This document shows, piece after piece, positions 24,668-36,247 of a stretch of 64,000 nucleotides of DNA. Each line of letters begins with the position of its first letter. Position 1 is the stretch's first letter. The notes under the pieces were generated by a model. That model saw only the letters and a program-made list of their open reading frames with translations, made no database searches and was not told where the DNA came from. Made by a program: the position numbers and the translations under genes. This DNA comes from Octopus bimaculoides (taxonomy: Eukaryota): positions 32,555,495 to 32,619,494 of the forward strand of contig NC_069002.1 in the NCBI RefSeq assembly GCF_001194135.2, in the 5' to 3' direction.

Positions 24668-26789
24668 ATTACTTTTCAGTATAGCTACTATTTTCATCTC
24701 TTATAACGACTGTCTAACTGGCTATTCTGCTTATATCAGGGTTCCAACTCTGTTCTTCTTGTAGCTATGTTTTCTCTGGACTACGAGAGAGCTGACAGAG
24801 AGAGACTACGTAGTAGTATCAAACTAAAACTTCATATATGTTTCAAGCCGGGTCCTTCTTGTATTTTTCTTATAACAGTACTTTAGCTACCTTCAATTCC
24901 ATTCAACGTCGGCCCAGATTAAATAACAATGAAACACCTAACATTCGTTCCGATCAAGTAAAAGTACAGGCGTTGGCTACTGCTGTTGACTTGCAGCCAT
25001 TAAAAATTGAACTTTCACTGCATCGATTTCAGCAGAAGGAGGAGGGGCTGCGAGTAGAATTAATAACCCCGCCAACGAAAGACATAGCCATTACGTACTA
25101 TCCTCCATTGCTATCAAACACTGAGAAAAACCTTTTTATAAACATGCCTCTGACAACACGTATCAATCTTCAAATTCATAAACACTATGGAAGAAGCTAT
25201 TCATACGTTCTATTGTTCTACAGTTTTCTTTCGAATGCCGAGACGCATGCCAATTTTTATATATATANNNNNNNNNNNNNNNNNNNNNNNNNNNNNNNNN
25301 NNNNNNNNNNNNNNNNNNNNNNNNNNNNNNNNNNNNNNNNNNNNNNNNNNNNNNNNNNNNNNNNNNNNNNNNNNNNNNNNNNNNNNNNNNNNNNNNNNNN
25401 NNNNNNNNNNNNNNNNNNNNNNNNNNNNNNNNNNNNNNNNNNNNNNNNNNNNNNNNNNNNNNNNNNNNNNNNNNNNNNNNNNNNNNNNNNNNNNNNNNNN
25501 NNNNNNNNNNNNNNNNNNNNNNNNNNNNNNNNNTATATATGTGTATATATGTATGCATAAATATACGTGTATACGCGTACAGGTTTACATATATGTATGT
25601 CTGTATATATATATGTATATATATATTTATGTATGCATATATATGTATATATGTATGTACACACACACACACACGCACACATATATTGACTTCTCTTTTT
25701 ATTCTTCTTGCGACGCTAACTTTTTTCTTTTCCTTCTTTTTACAATCTTCAACAGAGAGAAAGAGCAAAGAAGAAGAAAAATAAAACAAAAAACAAAAAA
25801 AAATACAAAAACAAATAAACAAACAGACCCCCCCCCCACCAAAAAAATAATCAATAAATTCTCAAGCAACAAAACGAAAGTGTAACACATGAAGTGGTTT
25901 ATGAATAGACGAAAACAATGGAGAGACGTGTTCAAAGAATGAAAATAGAGGAAAGAATAAAGAAAATAACATATCAAAAAAAGGATAAAAAATAAAAGTG
26001 GAGGAGGAGAAGGAAAATGAGACAAGGACAAAACAAAACAAACAAACTGAGAAAGAACCAACAAAAAACAATAGAATTGGTAAGAGCAATGGCTATTGCA
26101 ATATGAATGAGGACGAGTCTTAGCTGATGGCCATCGTCGTCAAACTTGAAGAAATCAATGGAAAAGATTATGTTGAGTATGTGTCAATAAGATTGGAGTA
26201 CATATTGAGTACACCTGAATCTGTGTTACCAAAAAGAACCAAAAAAAAAAAATGAAAGAATTAAAAAATAATAAATGAAAACTTGAAAGTAAAATGAAGC
26301 AAAAAAAGAAGCTAGCAAATAGAAAGAATGAATGTATGCAAAGACGACACACGGACAATGGAAGAGTTGTATGTGTTTGAATGTAAAAAAAAAAAATAGA
26401 AATCAAAAACTAAAAATTGAAAGAGAAATCTATATAACAGGTTGTTTTAAATGTAGAGAATGGTTGGGTTGAAAGGTCATTTGATGGTGATGGTTGTGTG
26501 TCAAACATCGCTTGAGATAACATGGTGCGGATTGTTACTGTAGAAACGACAACGACAAAACGGATGAGACACGACATAAATGCCAACAACAACAGCAGTA
26601 GCAGCAGCAGCAGCAGTAGCAATAATGACAATTTAGGTACAGTTTGGCGTGAAAAAAGATAATTCTTTTCTTTTTTTCCTCTCGATGTTGAAATTTGAAA
26701 GTCGGAGGAGCGCAAACAGTGAAACGCAAACAACGCACAGACGTACATACATTCCTATACACAAATAACTACACACACAAACACACACA

Positions 26790-26883
<94 letters not shown>

Positions 26884-26929
26884 CACACATATGTATAGTA
26901 ACAAAAAAGGGAGGAAGAGAATTTCCACT

Positions 26930-27300
26930 AGGGTTTCGTATTTATTGAAGGTGGGTGTTCGATATCGCAGCCCTCTTTTGAGTTTCCTGCCTTGATATTC
27001 GTTCATCGGGGCCCTTGGATAGTAAGAGATCAAATTGTTTCTTGAAAACATCTACCCACACTCCATGGAGATCCCACAGATGTTTTGGCAAGGAGATAAA
27101 TAGCTGTGGGCCCTTGAATTCCAAGCTATTGTAGTACATGGTCCTCGCTCTAGCTGAGATAGCTGGGACTTTTCAAACAGTGCAGTGATGTCCATTTCGA
27201 AATCTGATATGACACTCAATTTCAGATTTTGGGGTCATCCCCTCCTGTATTTTTCCTTCTATTGTGTAGTCGAAAGGAGTTCTGTTTTATGTGTATAATG
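26930..27300 (-). mobile_element. CR1-type LINE ORF2 C-terminal fragment (degenerate)
   Basis: Frame-shifted EGMTPKSEIECHIRFRNGHHC..KVPAI..YYNSLEFKGPQLFISLPKHLWDLHGVWVDVFKKQFDLLLSKGPDE, typical of the CR1 ORF2 end. Confidence 0.85.
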
Positions 27301-27640
27301 CTAGCTTCCTCGTTTTTGTTTCTGTTCCTGCTTTTGTTCTTGTATACATTCGTTTGCCTTTCCTAGAGGCTTAATGGTTTTAGCGTAAGTCCTTGGCATA
27401 CACTGGGTTCGAGTAGTATCGGAGATAAGGGAGCAAGACTACAAGGACTTTCCGGACTCCGACTGATGAAGAAATCCTCTGCGAAAGCTCCGTGCATCTT
27501 GTCTTTGTACGGTTTTCCGTTTGTCGTGATATCGCCTATTTTTTCCGCATTTTGTGTTTTGCTAGTTTCCGTTTGCTGTGTTCTTTCCGTTCTACATTTG
27601 ACTTATCCATGCAGTACTCCGTACAACCTGTTGTTCATAT
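27300..27640 (+). mobile_element. Second copy of the 9040-9390 repeat family, with a decayed hammerhead-like motif
   Basis: CTGATGA 27463-27469 ... GAA-AGCT-C 27483-27490; tail ends at (TA)n. Confidence 0.55.
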
Positions 27641-28005
27641 ATATATATATATATACTTGTGTGTGAAACAGGGAGTGAGAATGTGCGCGTGTTGACTACA
27701 AGAAATATTGGCGTTGGTAATAAAACGCCAAACATGCTGACACCAATCAATTTGTCCGGAAGAAAAACAAGTTGAAAGTCTCAGGAATTTTGATGTAGTT
27801 GGAACCTTTACTATTCCTAAGAGATGGTAAAAACATCCAATACACAAAGACAAGAAAAATAAAAACAAATGGAAAAGAATTAAAATATCAAAAAATTTGA
27901 TAATTAAAATTCTTATATTTTGCAATCCAGATTACTAAACAACCTCTCTCTCTTTCTTATCTTCATCTCTCTTTCCTCTTCTTTCTGTTTTTCTCTCTCA
28001 CTCTA

Positions 28006-28039
<34 letters not shown>

Positions 28040-28191
28040 CCTCTCTCTCTCTCTCAATATGTATATATGTCTCTATGTATGTGTGTGCGTGTTTGCATAT
28101 GATAATGATCTCGAAAATAAATTTCCATGATAAAATGCCAAATCAAACATCAGAATAGTGAGCGCGGGTTCTGAATAAGTACAAATGCAGC

Positions 28192-28291
<100 letters not shown>

Positions 28292-28598
28292 GCAACAACA
28301 TCAATGATGTACAAATCGATCAGTAAATGGAGAGATGTAAGTATAATGTCTCTTTATTTTTTGATTTTATTTCTCTTTATTTATTTGTTGTTCCAAGACA
28401 AATTTGATCGATTTTTGGAATGGTTAAGCTTTCTCTTGGAATATCTGGCAACTTTACAGGGAGGTGGTCATTGATTCCACTGTATCATAACTAACACCAC
28501 CTGCCGTTCTTCCTCATTCTCGTCTTTCGAAATTACTCCCAAACAACCTACCTACCTACCTACCTACCTACTGATCTGGCATTCTTTCTTTCTTTTTT

Positions 28599-28638
<40 letters not shown>

Positions 28639-28844
28639 TCCGTCTGCCTCTCTGTCGTTCCCTTGTTCATTGTTTGCTGCTTCCTTTGATTTTCTTTCTC
28701 CACCACCGACAACGACTATCAAATTCGTCGAAGTCGTCGTCATCATCCTCATCCTCATCATCATTACCATCATCATCAACATCATTATCATCATCATGAC
28801 CTTCATCATCATAACCATTTTCATTGTTATTTTCTAGCTGATCT

Positions 28845-29010
28845 TCTTCTTCTTCTTCTTCTTCTTCTTCTTCTTCTTCTTCTTCTTCTTCTTCTTCTTC
28901 TTCGTCTTCTTCTTCTTCTTCTCCTCCTTCTCTTCTTCTTCTTCTTTTTCTTCTTCTTCTTCTTCTTCTTCTTCTTCTCCTCNNNNNNNNNNTTCTTCTT
29001 CTTCTCCTCC
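28845..29010. repeat. (TTC)n microsatellite
   Basis: Direct reading; 10-N gap inside. Confidence 0.97.
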
Positions 29011-29759
29011 TCCTCCACCTCCCTCTCCTCTCCCTTCCTAACCTCCTTCTTATCCCTCTCCTCTGTCACATCTTTCCCCCCTTCCTTTCGCCTAAGATTT
29101 AAAACATTTAACTCGTTCTTCTCACTTTTAAAACACAAGAGCATCATCTTAGGAACAAAAAAAAAAAAGGAGAGAGAAAAAAAAAAGAAAATAGCTGTTA
29201 TATTTAGCAGGTTGTGAGATCGCTCTCGGTAGGTAGTGACCATGGATGGGCTTGAAATAACAACGGCTGAAACGCAATGGCACCGATTGTGAAACAGCTG
29301 TAAGCTAACAACATCGATTTCATCGCCATTGATAAATCGATATTGCGCTCTGTACACATCTGACATTTTCTCGAAATAATGTATATTCTAACATTTGGTT
29401 ATACGTATCAGAGTTTGTCCGTAGCAGCAGAGATGGTTTGTAACACTAAATAGTGTGTTGTTTTAAGCCAGATATAGTGGCGACGGTGGTGGTGATGGTG
29501 GTGGTATAAGCCGTAGCAGACATAGTTCTGGTTATAGTTGTGTAGGTTCCTCTCAGTGGCGCTCAACGACGTAAAGGTAGTAGATGTCGGTACTGTAGCG
29601 GTAACAGAGGTTGTGTAGATGCTGAGGAGGTAGTTGGGGGTTATACAACTGTAGTGGTAGTGCTGGTGGTACGGAAGGTATAGGGGGTGGTATTGGAATG
29701 TTGGGTGAATGTAGTTAGTCGCCAGATCGATGTATGTCGGGGACGAGGGCGTCGATGGG

Positions 29760-29860
29760 GTGATTTGGGGGTATTGTTGTAAAACTTATATAAGCAAACT
29801 GTCTTACAAAACACCGCCTCCCCGGCGCGCCAACCTGGCCCGCAACCGTAGACACTACCT
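29760..29860 (-). promoter_or_regulatory. Candidate core promoter: GC-rich patch next to a TATA box
   Basis: On the - strand, GGCGCGCCGGGGAGGCGG lies ~20 bp before CTTATATAAG (palindromic, ~29786-29795), followed by a long unique C/A-rich leader. Orientation is ambiguous. Confidence 0.35.
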
Positions 29861-29923
29861 AGGTTTTCTCTCTAGCGGATATCAATGTTATATAACTACA
29901 CACACGTGTATTTACATATGTAC

Positions 29924-29954
<31 letters not shown>

Positions 29955-30683
29955 ATCGGCAGAAACTTACAAAAGTGGCCGGTATGTGCGTATTTATACA
30001 TGTATGTATACATATATGTATGTGTGTGTGTATGTATGCATGTATGTATGTATATATATATATNNNNNNNNNNNNNNNNNNNNNNNNNNNNNNNNNNNNN
30101 NNNNNNNNNNNNNNNNNNNNNNNNNNNNNNNNNNNNNNNNNNNNNNNNNNNNNNNNNNNNNNNNNNNNNNNNNNNNNNNNNNNNNNNNNNNNNNNNNNNN
30201 NNNNNNNNNNNNNNNNNNNNNNNNNNNNNNNNNNNNNNNNNNNNNNNNNNNNNNNNNNNNNNNNNNNNNNNNNNNNNNNNNNNNNNNNNNNNNNNNNNNN
30301 NNNNNNNNNNNNNNNNNNNNNNNNNNNNNNNNNNNNNNNNNNNNNNNNNNNNNNNNNNNNNNNNNNNNNNNNNNNNNNNNNNNNNNNNNNNNNNNNNNNN
30401 NNNNNNNNNNNNNNNNNNNNNNNNNNNNNNNNNNNNNNNNNNNNNNNNNNNNNNNNNNNNNNNNNNNNNNNNNNNNNNNNNNNNNNNNNNNNNNNNNNNN
30501 NNNNNNNNNNNNNNNNNNNNNNNNNNNNNNNNNNNNNNNNNNNNNNNNNNNNNNNNNNNNNNNNNNNNNNNNNNNNNNNNNNNNNNNNNNNNNNNNNNNN
30601 NNNNNNNNNNNNNNNNNNNNNNNNNNNNNNNNNNNNNNNNNNNNNNNNNNNNNNNNNNNNNNNNNNNNNNNNNNNNNNNNNNN

Positions 30684-30721
<38 letters not shown>

Positions 30722-31289
30722 GAGACGTACACACACACACACCTATTTCCCAGCTACATACATATGATGCCCGCACGTACATACCATACACATGCAACAT
30801 AAAGCACATGCATACACATCTATATAAATCTATACACATCACGTACACAGCACGATCGCTCAACCTGCTGATTCCGATCAATATTAGTGTTTGTGCTGTA
30901 TTTGTTAACATAACATCTTACTTACATAATGACGTCAGCCAGAGAATCGTGTAACGTGTAACGAAATGTTCTGTAGTCGTTGTCATCGTCGTCATTTTCG
31001 GTTTTGCTGCTACTGTTGTTGCTGTGTTTGATATTGTAGATGTTTGGTTTTTCTTTCAGCCTAAGTTCAGATCTGATCACGCTGACCTAAGCTTAAAACA
31101 TTTCAATTTTACTGATACGATCTGTCTGGGGAACATCATTATCTGATCTGTTGCCTTCGTATTTGAAGTCTATAGACTATGATTTGAAAGCCACCTGACT
31201 GTTATTTCTATGTGTTAATAATTCATGCACGTCATTGGTTCAAAATTCACCTGATTTTCTTACAAAAGTATTCTGAACATTGTCTAACT

Positions 31290-31410
31290 TCTCTTGCGGT
31301 TAGGATGTTGAACTCCGGATCGTGAGATCACGGTTTCGATTTCCAGATCGAATAGGCTTTGTGTTCATAAACAAAACACTTTCTTGCACGTTGTTCCAGC
31401 TCATGATAAT
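31290..31410 (+). mobile_element. SINE family E fragment (tRNA-like head)
   Basis: GGTTAGGATGTTGAAC...GGTTTCGATTTCC B-box-like motif, then GTGTTCATAAACAAAACACT core-like sequence. Confidence 0.55.
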
Positions 31411-31546
31411 TGCCTTTTTCGACAGCAAGGTTATCATCTAAAACCACTGGGATTCCTCTGGCGATAGGGTTAACAAAGAATAGTTTGAGAAAGTTTCGCG
31501 GAGCGATGAGAGAGCTTTTCATTGGGGTTGATGGTGCCTACCCTAA

Positions 31547-31813
31547 GACAATGCATCAGCCCATAATTCCATCCTGGTAACAAGCTAGATGACAGAGATG
31601 CACATCAAATTGTTCCACACACTCCATACAGTACAGAGCTTGCTCTCTTTGACTTGTTATTGTTCTCCAAGCTGCAGGAGAAGATGAAGAAGGCTGTAAC
31701 AAGATTTCCTGGACACTTTCCATTTGGAGGAGTTCGGTGGAGTATTCACGGCGTGGCTGGAGCGCTAAAACAAATCCATTGAAGTCATTGGATTCTATTT
31801 CAAAGGAGAATAG
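31547..31813 (+). pseudogene. mariner transposase C-terminal fossil
   Basis: DNASAHNSILVT*..(frameshift)IVPHTPYSTELALFDLLLFSKLQEK...WLER*NKSIEVIGFYFKGE*, matching the mariner DNA.H...HPPYSPDLAP.D..LF...Y.E pattern. Confidence 0.85.
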
Positions 31814-32062
31814 AGATTTGCATTTCTTTGAAATTAATGTGTCTTTACGGAAAAAAATGTCAAAAATTCTAGAATGTAGCTTTTATAGATGTGTGTATGT
31901 ATATTTTTCTATACAGGTATCGAAGTTTATGTATTTGTGTATACGAGTATATAAGAAGGTGGGTATGTAGGCAGGTATGTATGTATATAGGTAGGTACGC
32001 ATATAGGCGTGTAGGGATACATGCATAGACACACACTCACTCACTCACGCACACACACACTT

Positions 32063-33091
32063 TATATATACATATATACACACACATGTCTATGTTGGTA
32101 TGTGTATAGATATTGATGTCGCGGTTCAATAATTATTGGTCTGTTCTTCGGAACCAAACTCCTCTAGCATGGAAATCATCGATCGATTACTTTGATCGAT
32201 ATTTCATTTGGACAGGNNNNNNNNNNNNNNNNNNNNNNNNNNNNNNNNNNNNNNNNNNNNNNNNNNNNNNNNNNNNNNNNNNNNNNNNNNNNNNNNNNNN
32301 NNNNNNNNNNNNNNNNNNNNNNNNNNNNNNNNNNNNNNNNNNNNNNNNNNNNNNNNNNNNNNNNNNNNNNNNNNNNNNNNNNNNNNNNNNNNNNNNNNNN
32401 NNNNNNNNNNNNNNNNNNNNNNNNNNNNNNNNNNNNNNNNNNNNNNNNNNNNNNNNNNNNNNNNNNNNNNNNNNNNNNNNNNNNNNNNNNNNNNNNNNNN
32501 NNNNNNNNNNNNNNNNNNNNNNNNNNNNNNNNNNNNNNNNNNNNNNNNNNNNNNNNNNNNNNNNNNNNNNNNNNNNNNNNNNNNNNNNNNNNNNNNNNNN
32601 NNNNNNNNNNNNNNNNNNNNNNNNNNNNNNNNNNNNNNNNNNNNNNNNNNNNNNNNNNNNNNNNNNNNNNNNNNNNNNNNNNNNNNNNNNNNNNNNNNNN
32701 NNNNNNNNNNNNNNNNNNNNNNNNNNNNNNNNNNNNNNNNNNNNNNNNNNNNNNNNNNNNNNNNNNNNNNNNNNNNNNNNNNNNNNNNNNNNNNNNNNNN
32801 NNNNNNNNNNNNNNNNNNNNNNNNNNNNNNNNNNNNNNNNNNNNNTATATATATAAATATATATATACATACATATATATGTGTAAATATGCATATACAT
32901 GCTGATACATAAATATGCATGTATATAGATATATATATATATATACATATATACACACACATGTCTATGTTGGTATGTGTATAGATATTGATGTCGCGGT
33001 TCAATAATTATTGGTCTGTTCTTCGGAACCAAACTCCTCTAGCATGGAAATCATCGATCGATTACTTTGATCGATATTTCATTTGGACAGG
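32063..33091. other. Identical ~154-bp segment on both sides of an N gap (probable assembly overlap)
   Basis: 32063-32216 = 32938-33091, offset 875; the first copy ends exactly at the gap. Confidence 0.85.
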
Positions 33092-34315
33092 AAGAAGTTT
33101 GCCGAAGTTATAGTTGTTCACCAAGTTCACGTGGTTTATTGTTGTTCTGGCCCCAGGTCAGCTTTGTTCAAGAACACCCATGATAGAAGACGTTCCTGAT
33201 GTGACTATCTCGCATTTTGTGTTTGTATACTGTGTGTCTAGGAACTTATCCAATACGTTCTGGTTGTTTTATTTTGTGTTTTGGGGGGGTTTGTTAAATC
33301 GTTAAAATGTTGATTTGAGGCATATTGAGTAGCTATGTCTAGTAAGTCTAAATCTCCGTATCGGCTGGTGTTTAATGGAGGTGATACTTCCCACTGCAAC
33401 CAACTGGTTTGAGGATATATCGTATATCGTTAATGACCACATTGGTTTAGAAAAGGAAGCGGAGCGAAAGAGAAGAGATAGACAGAGAGGGAGAGAGAAA
33501 GACGGAAGTAGATAGGGAGAGAGCGACAGGGAGAGAGAGAGAGAGAGGGAGGGAGGGANNNNNNNNNNNNNNNNNNNNNNNNNNNNNNNNNNNNNNNNNN
33601 NNNNNNNNNNNNNNNNNNNNNNNNNNNNNNNNNNNNNNNNNNNNNNNNNNNNNNNNNNNNNNNNNNNNNNNNNNNNNNNNNNNNNNNNNNNNNNNNNNNN
33701 NNNNNNNNNNNNNNNNNNNNNNNNNNNNNNNNNNNNNNNNNNNNNNNNNNNNNNNNNNNNNNNNNNNNNNNNNNNNNNNNNNNNNNNNNNNNNNNNNNNN
33801 NNNNNNNNNNNNNNNNNNNNNNNNNNNNNNNNNNNNNNNNNNNNNNNNNNNNNNNNNNNNNNNNNNNNNNNNNNNNNNNNNNNNNNNNNNNNNNNNNNNN
33901 NNNNNNNNNNNNNNNNNNNNNNNNNNNNNNNNNNNNNNNNNNNNNNNNNNNNNNNNNNNNNNNNNNNNNNNNNNNNNNNNNNNNNNNNNNNNNNNNNNNN
34001 NNNNNNNNNNNNNNNNNNNNNNNNNNNNNNNNNNNNNNNNNNNNNNNNNNNNNNNNNNNNNNNNNNNNNNNNNNNNNNNNNNNNNNNNNNNNNNNNNNNN
34101 NNNNNNNNNNNNNNNNNNNNNNNNNNNNNNNNNNNNNNNNNNNNNNNNNNNNNNNNNNNNNNNNNNNNNNNNNNNNNNNNNNNNNNNNNNNNNNNNNNNN
34201 NNNNNNNNNNNNNNNNNNNNNNNNNNNNNNNNNNNNNNNNNNNNNNNNNNNNNNNNNNNNNNNNNNNATATATATATATATATATATAGATATATTTATA
34301 TATATGTATATATAT

Positions 34316-34481
34316 ACGATAGGCTTCTTTCAGTTTCCGCTTACCAAACCCACTCACACGGGTTTGGTCGGCCCGAGTCTGTAGTAGAAGACACTTGCCC
34401 AAGGTGCCACGCAGTTGGACTGAACCCGGAACCATGTGGTTCGTAAGCAAGCTACTTACCACACAGTCACTCCTGCGCCTA
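34316..34481 (-). mobile_element. tRNA-derived SINE family A, near full length
   Basis: Reverse complement GGCGCAGGAGTGACTGTGTGGTAAGTAGCTTGC...GGAAACTGAAAGAAGCC, ending in (TA)n. Confidence 0.9.
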
Positions 34482-34789
34482 TAGAAAGAATGCTGAAAGT
34501 AGGTTTATGTAGAGAGAATGGCAAAAATTGACGTTCTTGGAAGAACAAAATCCACTGGAAATCTTGTCAACAATATTACGGCAAGATAGATGAAGTTCAT
34601 TTGACGACATATGAAAGGACTCAAGCGTCGACCATTCGATAACAATAGAGTAACAGAAGGGAAGAAGCTATCAAGAAATATTGAGAGAGAGAGAGAGGGG
34701 AGGATGGTGGTGGGGTGAGTGCTACTTAAGCACTAAATTCGTATTGATTTGCAAAAATGTAGACTTGGGGAAACGTGAAAGGAAATATC

Positions 34790-34890
34790 TCATCCACTCA
34801 CAAATACAATGCGCTCTCTCCGGTAATTGAACCGATGACTCTATGATCTTGAGCCGAACGCTCCTACCATTAGGCCACGTACCTTCACAC
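34790..34890 (-). mobile_element. SINE tRNA-like head fragment (family E-like)
   Basis: Reverse complement GTGAAGGTACGTGGCCTAATGGTAGGAGCG...GGTTCAATTACCGG. Confidence 0.55.
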
Positions 34891-35166
34891 ACAAATGCAC
34901 ACCCACACCCACACACAACACTCTCCAAGGTGTTATATATTATTTTGCTCTCTGAGGGCTTATATATATATTTATTTATACATAGACAGATAATCTTGAT
35001 TTGTGTCTGTATGTCAAACTCACAAACTTGTCATTAAATTTATAGTTACAATCGCATATCTATTCAAATGTGTATTTGTGTGTGTTTGTGTTTTCGTCTA
35101 CTGTTGTGTCTGTAGATGTACAATTGTGTGTGTGTATGCATATTCATATGTGTGTGTCTGTATGTA

Positions 35167-35204
<38 letters not shown>

Positions 35205-35271
35205 CACATGTATAAATGTACATACATATACTCACTTATACATACATAAATATATATGAATATATGTGTGC

Positions 35272-35327
<56 letters not shown>

Positions 35328-36144
35328 ATATCAGTAGTATCTGTATGTATATGTATCTTTGTGGGCACATCTCATATAGAGAAATTAATGTCAATCTGAA
35401 GAATTTCCGCACCAAAAGCTCTTCTTTAAATTGAGAAGAAGCGAATTTAAAATTCCTTTCGATTTGGAGCATCTATTTCTGAAAGAATTTGCTATGAAAC
35501 TCGTGGAATTCTACTTAAATCCAGGAAGATAAATAGTGATTAGTTTAGCCGAGAGGAATATAAAACAAATCTATGGAAATCGACCGAACGTCCGTAAATG
35601 TCAGGATTGTTTAGTGAAAGTCCCGGTGGGTTATTAAAGATAGAGAAACTGCACTGTTAGCGGCAGCCATATTGAATTCAACGTTCATCATTTTCTTTGC
35701 TATGTTTTTCATTGTTTTTCAAAGATGACAGCGCAATTTTGAGAGGTGAAATATCTGTTAAAATTGTTAGTACCGCTAGAAGAGGAAACAACAACAAAAA
35801 TAACAAAAAGAAAAAAGAGAGGAACAAATAAGACATATAAGCAAAATGTTCGGCGTGCAAATACGGACATGCGCATAAACACAGCAGGTATATATATAGA
35901 TATACATATGTAAATACATACATATGGATACGTATGTGTCTGTAAACGCGTTTGGTAAGCAAAAACGGAGATAATACTCAATACTTACTATGGAGTCCTG
36001 TACATATGTCCATGTAAACATTTCACATACTGCTTCACTCCTTCCACAACACGAACACACACACACACATACACACACACTTACACACACACACGTACAG
36101 ACACACGCACACAGGCACATAATATATATAAATACATACATACA

Positions 36145-36214
<70 letters not shown>

Positions 36215-36215
36215 A

Positions 36216-36247
<32 letters not shown>

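Noticed and set aside
28827-29366. 179-aa MSDVYRAQ... ORF
   Set aside because: The C-terminal two-thirds is poly-T, GA and (GAA)n repeat; not credible as a full CDS.
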